From Candidatus Omnitrophota bacterium (GTDB taxonomy: Bacteria > Omnitrophota > Gorgyraeia > Zapsychrales > Fredricksoniimonadaceae), in contig JADFZK010000003.1 of the NCBI GenBank assembly GCA_015232565.1, positions 540 to 64,539 on the forward strand: a DNA stretch of 64,000 nucleotides, given 5' to 3'. The position numbers and the translations under genes are program-made. Below the pieces are notes generated by a model that saw only the letters and a program-made list of their open reading frames with translations, was not told the DNA's origin and did no database searches. Positions within the stretch are counted from its first letter, which is position 1. Every line of letters starts with the position of its first letter. Of the stretch, positions 64,000 to 64,000 are shown one piece after another.

Positions 64000-64000
64000 C

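Noticed and set aside
63925-63927. GTG given as the start of the giant ORF
   Set aside because: The frame is open to the window edge and no RBS is evident; the real start lies outside the window.
3307-63999. Giant ORF as NRPS/PKS, intein-containing gene, or artefact of stop-codon reassignment
   Set aside because: No adenylation, condensation, ketosynthase or intein motifs were seen; the ORF is open under the standard code and neighbouring genes use TAA, TAG and TGA as stops.

Overview
The window is dominated by one giant minus-strand ORF (stop at 3307-3309, >20,200 codons). The frame stays open to the window edge, so the gene is 5'-truncated here. It reads as a string of modules separated by transmembrane hairpins: NadD-like nucleotidyltransferase, two uridine-kinase-like P-loops, NUDIX, HD, two alpha/beta-hydrolases, two PEP-synthase-like ATP-grasp/His-swivel + receiver blocks, two sigma-70-family domains, Fis-like HTH clusters, M50 peptidase, His-phosphatase, adenosine deaminase-like, SAM methyltransferase, recurring HExxH-like modules and internal twin-arginine motifs. 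The style resembles Omnitrophota/PVC giant proteins (inference). The main unusual signal is that six small plus-strand operons, mostly type II toxin-antitoxin (PIN x2, MazF/PemK, DUF433/DUF5615, HicBA, plus DUF5678), lie antisense inside or across the end of the giant ORF without stopping it. Each has its own TTGACA-like/17 bp/TAnnnT promoter and RBS, and several are bracketed by repeats of the giant gene's TM linkers. One extra A at 3335-3340 breaks both a nested PIN toxin and the giant ORF's apparent continuation to 2802. Bases 1-3300 hold further intact and decayed TA genes and a DUF2959-like lipoprotein. No rRNA, tRNA, CRISPR, integrase or transposase was recognised. Domain calls are from motifs read by eye, and domain boundaries are approximate.
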